A stretch of DNA of 32,000 nt from Synechocystis sp. PCC 6803 substr. PCC-P (GTDB lineage Bacteria > Cyanobacteriota > Cyanobacteriia > Cyanobacteriales > Microcystaceae). Shown here piece by piece: positions 25,045 to 32,000 of this stretch (position 1 is the stretch's first letter; the number at the start of each line of letters is the position of its first letter). The position numbers and the translations under genes were made by a program. The notes below the pieces were generated by a model. The model was not told the origin of the DNA and searched no databases. It saw only the letters and a list, made by a program, of their open reading frames with translations. Location of the stretch: NCBI RefSeq assembly GCF_000284455.1, contig NC_017039.1:3030001-3062000 (forward strand), given 5' to 3'.

Positions 25045-26157
25045 CTAAAGACAAGTGAGATAGCAGTGGCAATCTGGCTTTGCAATCAATGTTTCCACTA
25101 AAGCGTTTAGCGTTACTGCGGCTAGAAGTCCTCCACCGAGGCTCCCCTGAATGGTGATATGGGGAATGGGACTGGTCATCAGTCGTCGTTTTGCCCCCGG
25201 AGCATGACTAAAACCGATCGGCATTCCGATCACAAGAGCCGGCTGAATATGTTGTTGCTCTATCAGCTTACAGGCAGTGAGTAAAACAGAAGGGGCATAG
25301 CCGATCGCCAGCACACATCCTTGGGGAATCTGTTGTAACCGCTGTTGCCAATGGTCATGGTGCCAAAAAGCTTGCTCGGCTTCCCTAAGCCCTGTGATGT
25401 GAGGGTCGTCAATCAGCGTTTTAACCGTACATCCTAAATGAGCTAACCGAGTTTGATCAAGAGCCGCAGCCACAACCGGAACATCGGTGACGACTGGACA
25501 CCCTGCTTTCAGTGCATCTCGTGCCGAGGCGATCGCTCCCTGACTCAATCGAACGGCGTTTACCAAGCTAACATCACCACAGGCCAGCACTAATTGATGT
25601 AGTAAGTGAATGGTAATTTCAGAGTAAGCCGATAAATCCGGTAGCAGGTGTTTGAGGGATTCCTGAAAGGCTTCTGGATGAGTTGTTGTCTCCGCATCTA
25701 GGTTCGTCCACAACTGATCGAGTTTTCCTAACCCCTCCTGGACATCCACATCAAGCTGTTTCAGTTGGGCCAGAGCTTCCGCTTGGGTAATCTGGCAACT
25801 CTGGTCGCGTCCCAGTAATCCTTCTAAAGCAGATGCGGTTTGGCGGAGTCGAGTAATCTGCTGAATCACAGCCTGATATTGCTGTTGCAACTGCACCATT
25901 AGGGTGGGATCAAGGCTCTCTTCAGAATGGCTATCCAGCAGTTGCCGAATATGAGACAACTGAAAGCCCTGCTGTTTGAGGGCAATGACTCGTTGGAGCC
26001 GTTGTACGTCCTGCTGAGTATAAAGGCGGTAGTTGCCCTCTGAGCGTTGAACGGGGGGAAGCAATCCCAGGGTGTGGTAATGGCGCACCATGCGAGGCGT
26101 AACGCCACCTCCCACTGCATCTGTGAGTTCTTTAATCGTTAAGTGATTAGTCTTCAT
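25045..26157 (-). CDS. coaR: CoaR, MerR-family cobalt-responsive activator fused to a precorrin-isomerase (CbiC)-like domain
   Basis: 370 aa. N-terminal MerR HTH (LTIKELTDAVGGGVTPRMVRHYHTLGLL), a coiled region, a CbiC/CobH-like C-terminal domain (...VTDVPVVAAAL...AIGYAPSVLL...VIGMPIGFSHAPGAK...GSLGGGLLAAVTLNAL), and a terminal CHCYLTCL. Confidence 0.9.
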   Translation of the reverse strand: MKTNHLTIKELTDAVGGGVTPRMVRHYHTLGLLPPVQRSEGNYRLYTQQDVQRLQRVIALKQQGFQLSHIRQLLDSHSEESLDPTLMVQLQQQYQAVIQQITRLRQTASALEGLLGRDQSCQITQAEALAQLKQLDVDVQEGLGKLDQLWTNLDAETTTHPEAFQESLKHLLPDLSAYSEITIHLLHQLVLACGDVSLVNAVRLSQGAIASARDALKAGCPVVTDVPVVAAALDQTRLAHLGCTVKTLIDDPHITGLREAEQAFWHHDHWQQRLQQIPQGCVLAIGYAPSVLLTACKLIEQQHIQPALVIGMPIGFSHAPGAKRRLMTSPIPHITIQGSLGGGLLAAVTLNALVETLIAKPDCHCYLTCL

Positions 26158-26176
26158 CCCTTTAGTTTACTCAAAA

Positions 26177-26210
26177 CCTTGACATTGACACTAATGTTAA
26201 GGTTTAGGCT
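26177..26210 (+). promoter_or_regulatory. coaT operator-promoter: imperfect palindrome overlapping a -35 box, with an over-long spacer (MerR-type)
   Basis: CCTTGACATT (26177-26186), N6, AATGTTAAGG (26193-26202). -35 TTGACA at 26179-26184. Candidate -10 TAGGCT at 26205-26210, giving a 20-bp spacer. Confidence 0.55.
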
Positions 26211-26238
26211 GAGAAGGTAAAAATCCAAGTTAAAAAGC

Positions 26239-28167
26239 ATGGTTGTAACTCCCCCTTCTTCTGCCTTTCGATTTTCTAACCTTTTCAAAGATCATCCCGA
26301 TGCAGTGGCGGCGATCGCCTGTGGCGGGCTGGTCTTTCTGGGCTGGCAGATGCTTAACTTGGGCTGGTTGGGAATTGCCTTTTTTGTCCTAACAGCGGCC
26401 TATGTGATTGGTGGATTTGACAATGCCCGTGAGGGATTAACAACCCTCTTTGAAGAAAAAGAATTTGATGTCGATCTGCTGATGATTGTGGCCGCCTTGG
26501 GGGCCGCCGGGTTGGGACTTTGGCGACGGGAATATACCCTCATTGTGGATGGGGCAGTTCTGATTCTTATTTTTGCCATCAGTGGGGCATTGGAAGGATA
26601 CGCGATGCAACGGACGGAGCGGAGTATCCAGGGATTGATGAGCTTAACCGCTGATGTAGCAAGAGTGTTGCGGAACGGACAGGAGCAAACCATTCCCATT
26701 TCAGAACTGAAGATGGGGGATCAAGTCTTGGTGAAACCGGGAGAGTTGGTGCCAACGGATGGCTTGGTCATTGAAGGGTTTAGCACCCTGAACCAGGCTT
26801 CCATCACGGGGGAATCTATGCCAGTGGAAAAGGCGATCGGCGATGAGGTGTTTGCCGGCACGATCAATGGCAATGGGGTACTGCGGCTCAAAATCCATCA
26901 ACCCCCGGAAAGTAGCTTGATTCAGCGTGTGATTCGTTTGGTTCAGCAAGCCCAAACCGAAGCTCCCCCGTCGCAACAGTTTATTGAACGATTTGAGTGC
27001 GGTTATGCCAAGGTAATTGTGATCGCCGGACTCTTGCTCGGTACGTTGCCGCCTTTTTTGCTGGGCTGGAGTTGGGAAGAGACGATCTACCGTGCCTTAA
27101 TTTTTCTCGTGGTGGCTTCTCCCTGTGCGCTAATGGCATCAATTATGCCGGCCTTACTTTCTGGTATTGCCAATGGAGCGCGTCAAGGCATTTTATTCAA
27201 AAACGGGGCGCAGTTGGAGCGGATTGGACGAGTACGGGTGATTGCTTTTGATAAAACTGGAACATTGACCACTGGAAAACCTGAAGTTGTGAACATTCTC
27301 GCCACTCAGCCATCCACCGACAAACTTCTGCAAATCGCGGCGGCCCTGGAAAGTTTATCGGAACATCCCATCGGAGAGGCGATCGCCGACTTCACCCGTC
27401 AACAGAACCAAGCCTGGGCAACAGCCAGGAACGTTCAAGCGCAGGCGGGACAGGGCATTATCGGAGACATTGAGGGCCAACAGGCGATAGTTGGTAAAGC
27501 CGTGTTTGTTCAGGCCCAGGTCAATCATGTTGCTACAAACCTGATAGAGCAAAGTCAGCAGTGGGAAGCTGAAGGTAAAACCGTCGTCTGGGTTGCCTAC
27601 GCTGGAGAGATTTTAGGTCTCATTGCCGTGGCAGATACTGTACGACCCACCGCCGCCCAGGCGATCGCCCGATTAAAACGATTAGGAATTGAGCGAATTG
27701 TCATGCTAACTGGGGATAACTCACGTACCGCCCACAGCATTGCTCAACAGGTGGGAGTCAATCAGGTTTATGCAGAACTTTTGCCCGAAGATAAAGTGGA
27801 TGTGATTCGCCAACTCCAGAAGCAGTATCAATCCGTCGCCATGGTGGGAGACGGCATCAATGATGCACCCGCCTTAGCTCAGGCATCTGTTGGTATTGCG
27901 ATGGGGGCCGCTGGTAGTGATGTGGCCTTAGAAACCGCAGATATTGTCTTAATGGCGGATCGTTTGGAGCGGTTAGAACACGCCATTCGTTTGGGTCGTC
28001 GCGCTCAAGGAGTGGTCAAACAAAACATTGTGTTTGCCCTTGGTTTTGTGATGATTCTGTTGATTGCAAACTTTGCGGGTAATATCACGCTGCCCTTTGG
28101 GGTTTTGGGGCATGAAGGCTCGACGGTAATCGTAACGTTGAGTGGATTGCGGTTACTAAGAGGGTAA
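26239..28167 (+). CDS. coaT: CoaT, cobalt-exporting P1B-type ATPase
   Basis: 642 aa with no N-terminal HMA domain. ITGESMP, TM6 SPC (VVASPCALM), DKTGTLT, GDGINDAP, and a C-terminal HEGSTV motif characteristic of the Co/Zn P1B-4 subgroup. Confidence 0.92.
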   Translation: MVVTPPSSAFRFSNLFKDHPDAVAAIACGGLVFLGWQMLNLGWLGIAFFVLTAAYVIGGFDNAREGLTTLFEEKEFDVDLLMIVAALGAAGLGLWRREYTLIVDGAVLILIFAISGALEGYAMQRTERSIQGLMSLTADVARVLRNGQEQTIPISELKMGDQVLVKPGELVPTDGLVIEGFSTLNQASITGESMPVEKAIGDEVFAGTINGNGVLRLKIHQPPESSLIQRVIRLVQQAQTEAPPSQQFIERFECGYAKVIVIAGLLLGTLPPFLLGWSWEETIYRALIFLVVASPCALMASIMPALLSGIANGARQGILFKNGAQLERIGRVRVIAFDKTGTLTTGKPEVVNILATQPSTDKLLQIAAALESLSEHPIGEAIADFTRQQNQAWATARNVQAQAGQGIIGDIEGQQAIVGKAVFVQAQVNHVATNLIEQSQQWEAEGKTVVWVAYAGEILGLIAVADTVRPTAAQAIARLKRLGIERIVMLTGDNSRTAHSIAQQVGVNQVYAELLPEDKVDVIRQLQKQYQSVAMVGDGINDAPALAQASVGIAMGAAGSDVALETADIVLMADRLERLEHAIRLGRRAQGVVKQNIVFALGFVMILLIANFAGNITLPFGVLGHEGSTVIVTLSGLRLLRG

Positions 28168-28222
28168 TTAATTAATGATGGAATTAAGAACCTGTTTATA
28201 AAGTCTGATTCTGCCCCCTAAA

Positions 28223-28240
28223 TCCCCCAATACTGGGGGA
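28223..28240. terminator. GC hairpin in the convergent coaT/ynfA-like intergenic region
   Basis: TCCCCCA (28223-28229), loop ATAC, TGGGGGA (28234-28240); a perfect 7-bp stem. Confidence 0.45.
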
Positions 28241-28254
28241 CTTTGACTTAGTTT

Positions 28255-28287
28255 CCCCCCAAACTTGGTGGGCCAGGGGGGCTTTTC
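28255..28287. terminator. Second C6/G6 hairpin with a T-tract; candidate bidirectional terminator
   Basis: CCCCCC (28255-28260) pairs with GGGGGG (28276-28281) and is followed by CTTTTC. Alternative pairing is CCCCCCAA/TTGGTGGG. TTT precedes the stem for the opposite strand. Confidence 0.45.
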
Positions 28288-28296
28288 AAACACGCT

Positions 28297-28623
28297 CTAA
28301 GCCCTGTTAGCATACATCATCACTAATACACCAACCAAGGCGATCGCCGCTCCAAGCCAGTCCAGGCGATCGACTACCACATTGTCTACTTGCCATCCCC
28401 AGATAATGGAGAGGATGATGAAAATTCCGCCATAGGCGGCATAGGCTCGCCCAAAGTTGGCAGGTTGAAGCGTTGCTACAAATCCATATACGGTGAGTAA
28501 AATTGCTCTAACTAATGCCAACCAAACACTTTTACCTTCCCGTATCCATAACCAAACTAAGTATCCGCCCCCAATTTCACACAAACCCGCCATGACAAAA
28601 TAAAGCAGTGATCGCAGAATCAT
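28297..28623 (-). CDS. YnfA/UPF0060-family small membrane protein (4 TM)
   Basis: 108 aa. [22 protein letters not shown]...[15 protein letters not shown] is typical of the YnfA family. It starts 11 nt after the ziaR stop and has its own GGAG. Confidence 0.85.
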   Translation of the reverse strand: MILRSLLYFVMAGLCEIGGGYLVWLWIREGKSVWLALVRAILLTVYGFVATLQPANFGRAYAAYGGIFIILSIIWGWQVDNVVVDRLDWLGAAIALVGVLVMMYANRA

Positions 28624-28634
28624 CGTCCATCTCC

Positions 28635-29033
28635 TTAATCCGATTCCTGCAAATGGTCTGCAACTTCCCGATACAAATTCATCACATGATTATCCGCCAA
28701 GCTGTAGTAAACATTACGGCCGACCCGGCGATACTTTACCAGGCGCTGCGATCGTAAAATTCGTAATTGATGGGAAACTGCCGATTCACTCACTTTCATC
28801 GCCGCTGCTAAATCACAGACACAGAGTTCTTGGCGGGCCAATGCCGACATTAAACGCAACCGACTCGGATCAGCTAGTGCACTGAAAAACTCCGCCATTT
28901 GCTGGGCCTGGTCCAATGACATCACCTCTGGTTGAACCTGTCGTACCTGCTCAAGATGAACAAGAGGTTGATCACAAAGGGGCATCTCTTCGTTCTGGCA
29001 GGATTGTGACTTTGACAACGAGGACTTACTCAT
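28635..29033 (-). CDS. ziaR: ZiaR, ArsR/SmtB-family zinc-responsive repressor
   Basis: 132 aa. [26 protein letters not shown] (HTH with CVC). C-terminal alpha5 ligand candidates [19 protein letters not shown]. Divergent from ziaA. Confidence 0.92.
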   Translation of the reverse strand: MSKSSLSKSQSCQNEEMPLCDQPLVHLEQVRQVQPEVMSLDQAQQMAEFFSALADPSRLRLMSALARQELCVCDLAAAMKVSESAVSHQLRILRSQRLVKYRRVGRNVYYSLADNHVMNLYREVADHLQESD

Positions 29034-29104
29034 AGAGGTTGGCGTTAGGAGCTAGGGAAAAATTTAAACTGGATTTAGAAAATGATTTTCATCCTAACAT
29101 CTTT

Positions 29105-29130
29105 AATATCTGAGCATATCTTCAGGTGTT
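29105..29130. promoter_or_regulatory. Imperfect 12-2-12 inverted repeat in the ziaR/ziaA divergent region; candidate ZiaR operator
   Basis: AATATCTGAGCA-TA-TCTTCAGGTGTT, with 8 of 12 positions complementary between the half sites. Lies about 55 nt upstream of the ziaA ATG. Confidence 0.5.
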
Positions 29131-29184
29131 TCAAGATTTGTGCTACGGTTCAAGGAGGTTTTTCTTTAAATCACGTTGGCCGCC

Positions 29185-31350
29185 ATGACCCAATCTTCAC
29201 CGCTCAAAACTCAGCAAATGCAAGTCGGCGGCATGGACTGCACTAGTTGCAAGTTAAAAATTGAAGGTAGCTTGGAAAGATTGAAGGGAGTAGCAGAGGC
29301 CTCTGTCACGGTGGCCACGGGACGATTAACTGTTACCTATGATCCCAAGCAGGTCAGTGAAATAACCATTCAAGAACGGATCGCCGCCCTGGGTTACACC
29401 CTTGCAGAGCCAAAATCATCTGTAACGCTTAATGGTCATAAACATCCCCACTCCCATAGGGAAGAAGGCCATAGCCATAGTCATGGTGCTGGTGAATTTA
29501 ATCTGAAACAAGAACTACTGCCCGTCCTGACGGCGATCGCCCTCTTTACCATTGCTATTTTGTTCGAGCAACCGTTACACAACACGCCAGGTCAGATTGC
29601 TGAATTTGCAGTGATTATTCCTGCCTATCTCTTGAGTGGTTGGACAGTGCTCAAAACAGCGGGACGCAATATTCTCAGAGGGCAGATTTTTGATGAAAAC
29701 TTTTTAATGACGATCGCCACCTTGGGGGCCTTGGCAATTCATCAACTCCCCGAAGCCGTGGCCGTGATGTTGTTCTTTCGAGTGGGAGAGCTATTTCAAG
29801 AATACTCCGTTGGGCGATCGCGCCGTTCCATCAAAGCTTTACTGGAAGCACGTCCCGATACCGCGAACTTGAAGCGCAATGGTACAGTGCAACAAGTTTC
29901 CCCCGAAACGGTACAGGTTGATGACTTAATTTTGGTAAAGCCGGGTGAAAAAGTGCCCCTGGATGGCGAGATTTTAGGGGGAACTTCACAGGTAGATACT
30001 TCAGCACTGACTGGCGAATCGGTGCCCGGCACAGTTAAGCCTGGAGATACCATTCTTGCAGGCATGATCAACCAATCGGGTGTGTTGACAATTCGAGTCA
30101 CCAAACTATTTAGTGAATCTTCGATCGCCAAAGTGCTCGATCTGGTTGAAAATGCGTCTAGCAAAAAGGCATCCACCGAGAAATTCATCACCCAATTTGC
30201 CCGCTACTACACTCCCGTTATCGTCTTTCTTTCGTTAGCCGTTGCCCTGTTACCACCTCTGTTCATCCCTGGGGCGGATCGAGCCGATTGGGTTTATCGT
30301 GCCTTGGTTCTGTTGGTGATTTCCTGTCCCTGTGGATTGGTGATCAGCATTCCGCTCGGCTATTTTGGTGGCATTGGGGGAGCCGCCAAACATGGGATTT
30401 TGATCAAGGGATCTACCTTTTTAGACTCCCTCACGGCCGTTAAAACCGTTGTGTTTGATAAAACTGGAACCTTAACCAAAGGCACATTTAAGGTTACTCA
30501 GGTCGTTACCAAAAATGGATTTTCTGAATCAGAATTGTTAACCCTAGCCGCAAAAGCCGAATCCCATTCCACTCATCCCATTGCCCTATCGATCCGCGAA
30601 GCTTATGCCCAGTCGATCGCTGACTCTGAAGTGGCCGACTACGAAGAAATTGCTGGGCATGGCATTCGAGCCGTTGTGCAAAATCAAGTCGTCATTGCGG
30701 GCAATGATCGCCTTTTGCATCGAGAAAAAATCGATCATGATACCTGTGACGTAGCCGGTACAGTGGTTCATCTCGCCGTAGATGGGCGCTATGGGGGCTA
30801 TATTCTGATTGCCGACGAAATTAAGGAAGATGCGGTTCAAGCGATTCGAGACCTAAAACGCATGGGAGTTGAAAAGACCGTGATGCTGACCGGGGATAGT
30901 GAAATAGTAGCTCAATCCGTTGCCCAGCAAATTGGTTTAGATGCCTTTGTTGCTGAATTATTGCCAGAAGAAAAAGTCGATGAAATTGAGCAACTGCTAG
31001 ATCCTTCAGGTAAAGCAAAACTGGCATTTGTAGGAGATGGTATTAATGATGCCCCCGTGATTGCCCGAGCCGATGTCGGTATAGCCATGGGGGGATTGGG
31101 CTCCGATGCTGCCATTGAAACAGCGGACGTGGTGTTGATGACCGATGCGCCCTCGAAGGTGGCCGAAGCGATTCATGTGGCCCGCAAAACTCGTCAAATT
31201 GTTGTACAGAACATTGTCCTAGCCCTAGGGATTAAAGCACTTTTTATCGCCCTGGGCACCATTGGCTTGGCAACCCTCTGGGAGGCGGTGTTTGCGGATG
31301 TGGGAGTAGCACTGTTAGCGATTTTGAATGCTACTCGGATTGCTAAGTAA
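29185..31350 (+). CDS. ziaA: ZiaA, zinc-exporting P1B-type ATPase
   Basis: 721 aa from the ATG at 29185. N-terminal HMA domain GMDCTSCKLKIE, His-rich stretch HKHPHSHREEGHSHSHG, TGESVP, TM6 CPC (ISCPCGLV), DKTGTLT, GDGINDAP. Confidence 0.93.
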   Translation: MTQSSPLKTQQMQVGGMDCTSCKLKIEGSLERLKGVAEASVTVATGRLTVTYDPKQVSEITIQERIAALGYTLAEPKSSVTLNGHKHPHSHREEGHSHSHGAGEFNLKQELLPVLTAIALFTIAILFEQPLHNTPGQIAEFAVIIPAYLLSGWTVLKTAGRNILRGQIFDENFLMTIATLGALAIHQLPEAVAVMLFFRVGELFQEYSVGRSRRSIKALLEARPDTANLKRNGTVQQVSPETVQVDDLILVKPGEKVPLDGEILGGTSQVDTSALTGESVPGTVKPGDTILAGMINQSGVLTIRVTKLFSESSIAKVLDLVENASSKKASTEKFITQFARYYTPVIVFLSLAVALLPPLFIPGADRADWVYRALVLLVISCPCGLVISIPLGYFGGIGGAAKHGILIKGSTFLDSLTAVKTVVFDKTGTLTKGTFKVTQVVTKNGFSESELLTLAAKAESHSTHPIALSIREAYAQSIADSEVADYEEIAGHGIRAVVQNQVVIAGNDRLLHREKIDHDTCDVAGTVVHLAVDGRYGGYILIADEIKEDAVQAIRDLKRMGVEKTVMLTGDSEIVAQSVAQQIGLDAFVAELLPEEKVDEIEQLLDPSGKAKLAFVGDGINDAPVIARADVGIAMGGLGSDAAIETADVVLMTDAPSKVAEAIHVARKTRQIVVQNIVLALGIKALFIALGTIGLATLWEAVFADVGVALLAILNATRIAK

Positions 31351-31376
31351 AGTGCATTGACAGTATCCATACCCTG

Positions 31377-32000
31377 TTAGGTGAGATTTTTGGTACACTC
31401 TCGGGACTGTTGGTATGGTGGCGGACATATTGATAAGCGAATGGTGAATAAACTTCCCTGACCCAATTCACTCTCTACAGTCAAAACACCTTGATGCTTA
31501 ACGGCGATCGCCTGGGCAATGGCAAGGCCTAATCCTGCCCCTCCCCGTTGTCGAGACCGGGCCGTGTCCACCCGATAAAAACGGTCAAAAACCCGGCTTT
31601 GATTCTCCGAAGCAATGCCAATGCCCGTATCTTGGACTTTGATGATGGCTTGCTGTTTATCGGTCTCAAGCATGACGGTTACCTCGCCCCCCGTTGGGGT
31701 GTAGTGAATGGCATTACTGATTAAATTACCCACCAAACGATAAAGCTGTTCTTCTTCTCCCCTGACCCAGATATTTGCTTGATTGTCTAACTTCGCAGAT
31801 AACAATACCCCAGCGGCGATCGCCAAACTGGCAAATTCTTCGGTTAAATCTTCAACTAAATCATTGAGACAACAAAGGGTAAACTGGGTCGGATTAACTG
31901 TTGTTAAATCCATGCGGGAGAGGAGTAATAAATCATGGATTAAATGGCTGAGACGATAATTTTGTCGTTTTAAGGTTTGCAAGGTGCTATGGGTTTCTTC
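31377..32000 (-). CDS. copS: C-terminal part of an NrsS-like histidine kinase (Hik31/CopS-like). The gene continues beyond the right window edge.
   Basis: The frame is open to nt 32000; the M at 31982 in the ORF track is a TTG Leu inside ...EETHSTLQTLKRQN.... HATPase motifs LVGNLISNAIHYT, VQDTGIGI and GGAGLGLAIA. Its position after ziaA matches the Synechocystis sll0790 context as I recall it. Confidence 0.8.
   Translation of the reverse strand, partial: EETHSTLQTLKRQNYRLSHLIHDLLLLSRMDLTTVNPTQFTLCCLNDLVEDLTEEFASLAIAAGVLLSAKLDNQANIWVRGEEEQLYRLVGNLISNAIHYTPTGGEVTVMLETDKQQAIIKVQDTGIGIASENQSRVFDRFYRVDTARSRQRGGAGLGLAIAQAIAVKHQGVLTVESELGQGSLFTIRLSICPPPYQQSRECTKNLT

Noticed and set aside
31351-31376. 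Expected terminator between the convergent ziaA and copS-like genes, and likewise at 24980-25044 between nrsD and coaR
   Set aside because: The 26-nt and 65-nt gaps contain no convincing stem-loop or T-tract, so no terminator feature was called.

Overview
This window looks like cyanobacterial chromosomal DNA. The HIP1 palindrome GCGATCGC is scattered throughout. The right half matches, gene for gene, what I remember of the Synechocystis sp. PCC 6803 metal-homeostasis locus.

There are three blocks:
- **Block 1 (1-10.3 kb):** all genes are on the + strand. It starts with a decayed multidomain PAS histidine kinase, which has an in-frame TAG and an apparently deleted GAF core, plus a NarL-type response regulator. 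A mixed set of redox and detoxification genes follows: a DsbA-like protein lacking its CXXC, a non-haem chloroperoxidase-type hydrolase, an SDR, an SDR remnant, a CPBP protease, an NmrA-like protein, RidA and a class D (OXA-type) beta-lactamase.
- **Block 2 (10.3-16.7 kb):** a patchwork. It holds an orphan RHH protein, methionine aminopeptidase, a truncated Rpn-family nuclease, a Phd/YefM-PIN toxin-antitoxin pair, the nadM-nadV NAD salvage pair, an HPP-family protein, a UmuC N-terminal fragment and an AT-rich spacer.
- **Block 3 (16.7-32 kb):** the metal island, in the order nrsS-nrsR, nrsBACD, coaR, coaT, a ynfA-like gene, ziaR, ziaA, then the 3' part of a second nrsS-like kinase (hik31/copS-like) running off the right edge.

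I found no rRNA, tRNA, CRISPR array, intact transposase or integrase. I do not see a clear, complete and wholly novel multi-gene system. The most unusual things visible are:
- the atypical accessory proteins of the Nrs RND pump (a minimal NrsB adaptor, a lambda-lysozyme-like NrsC, no outer-membrane factor);
- the decayed sensor kinase at the head of the detox cluster;
- the cysteine-less DsbA homologue;
- the NAD-salvage pair sitting among toxin-antitoxin, nuclease and SOS-polymerase remnants.

Motif coordinates were read by eye and may be off by 1-2 nt.
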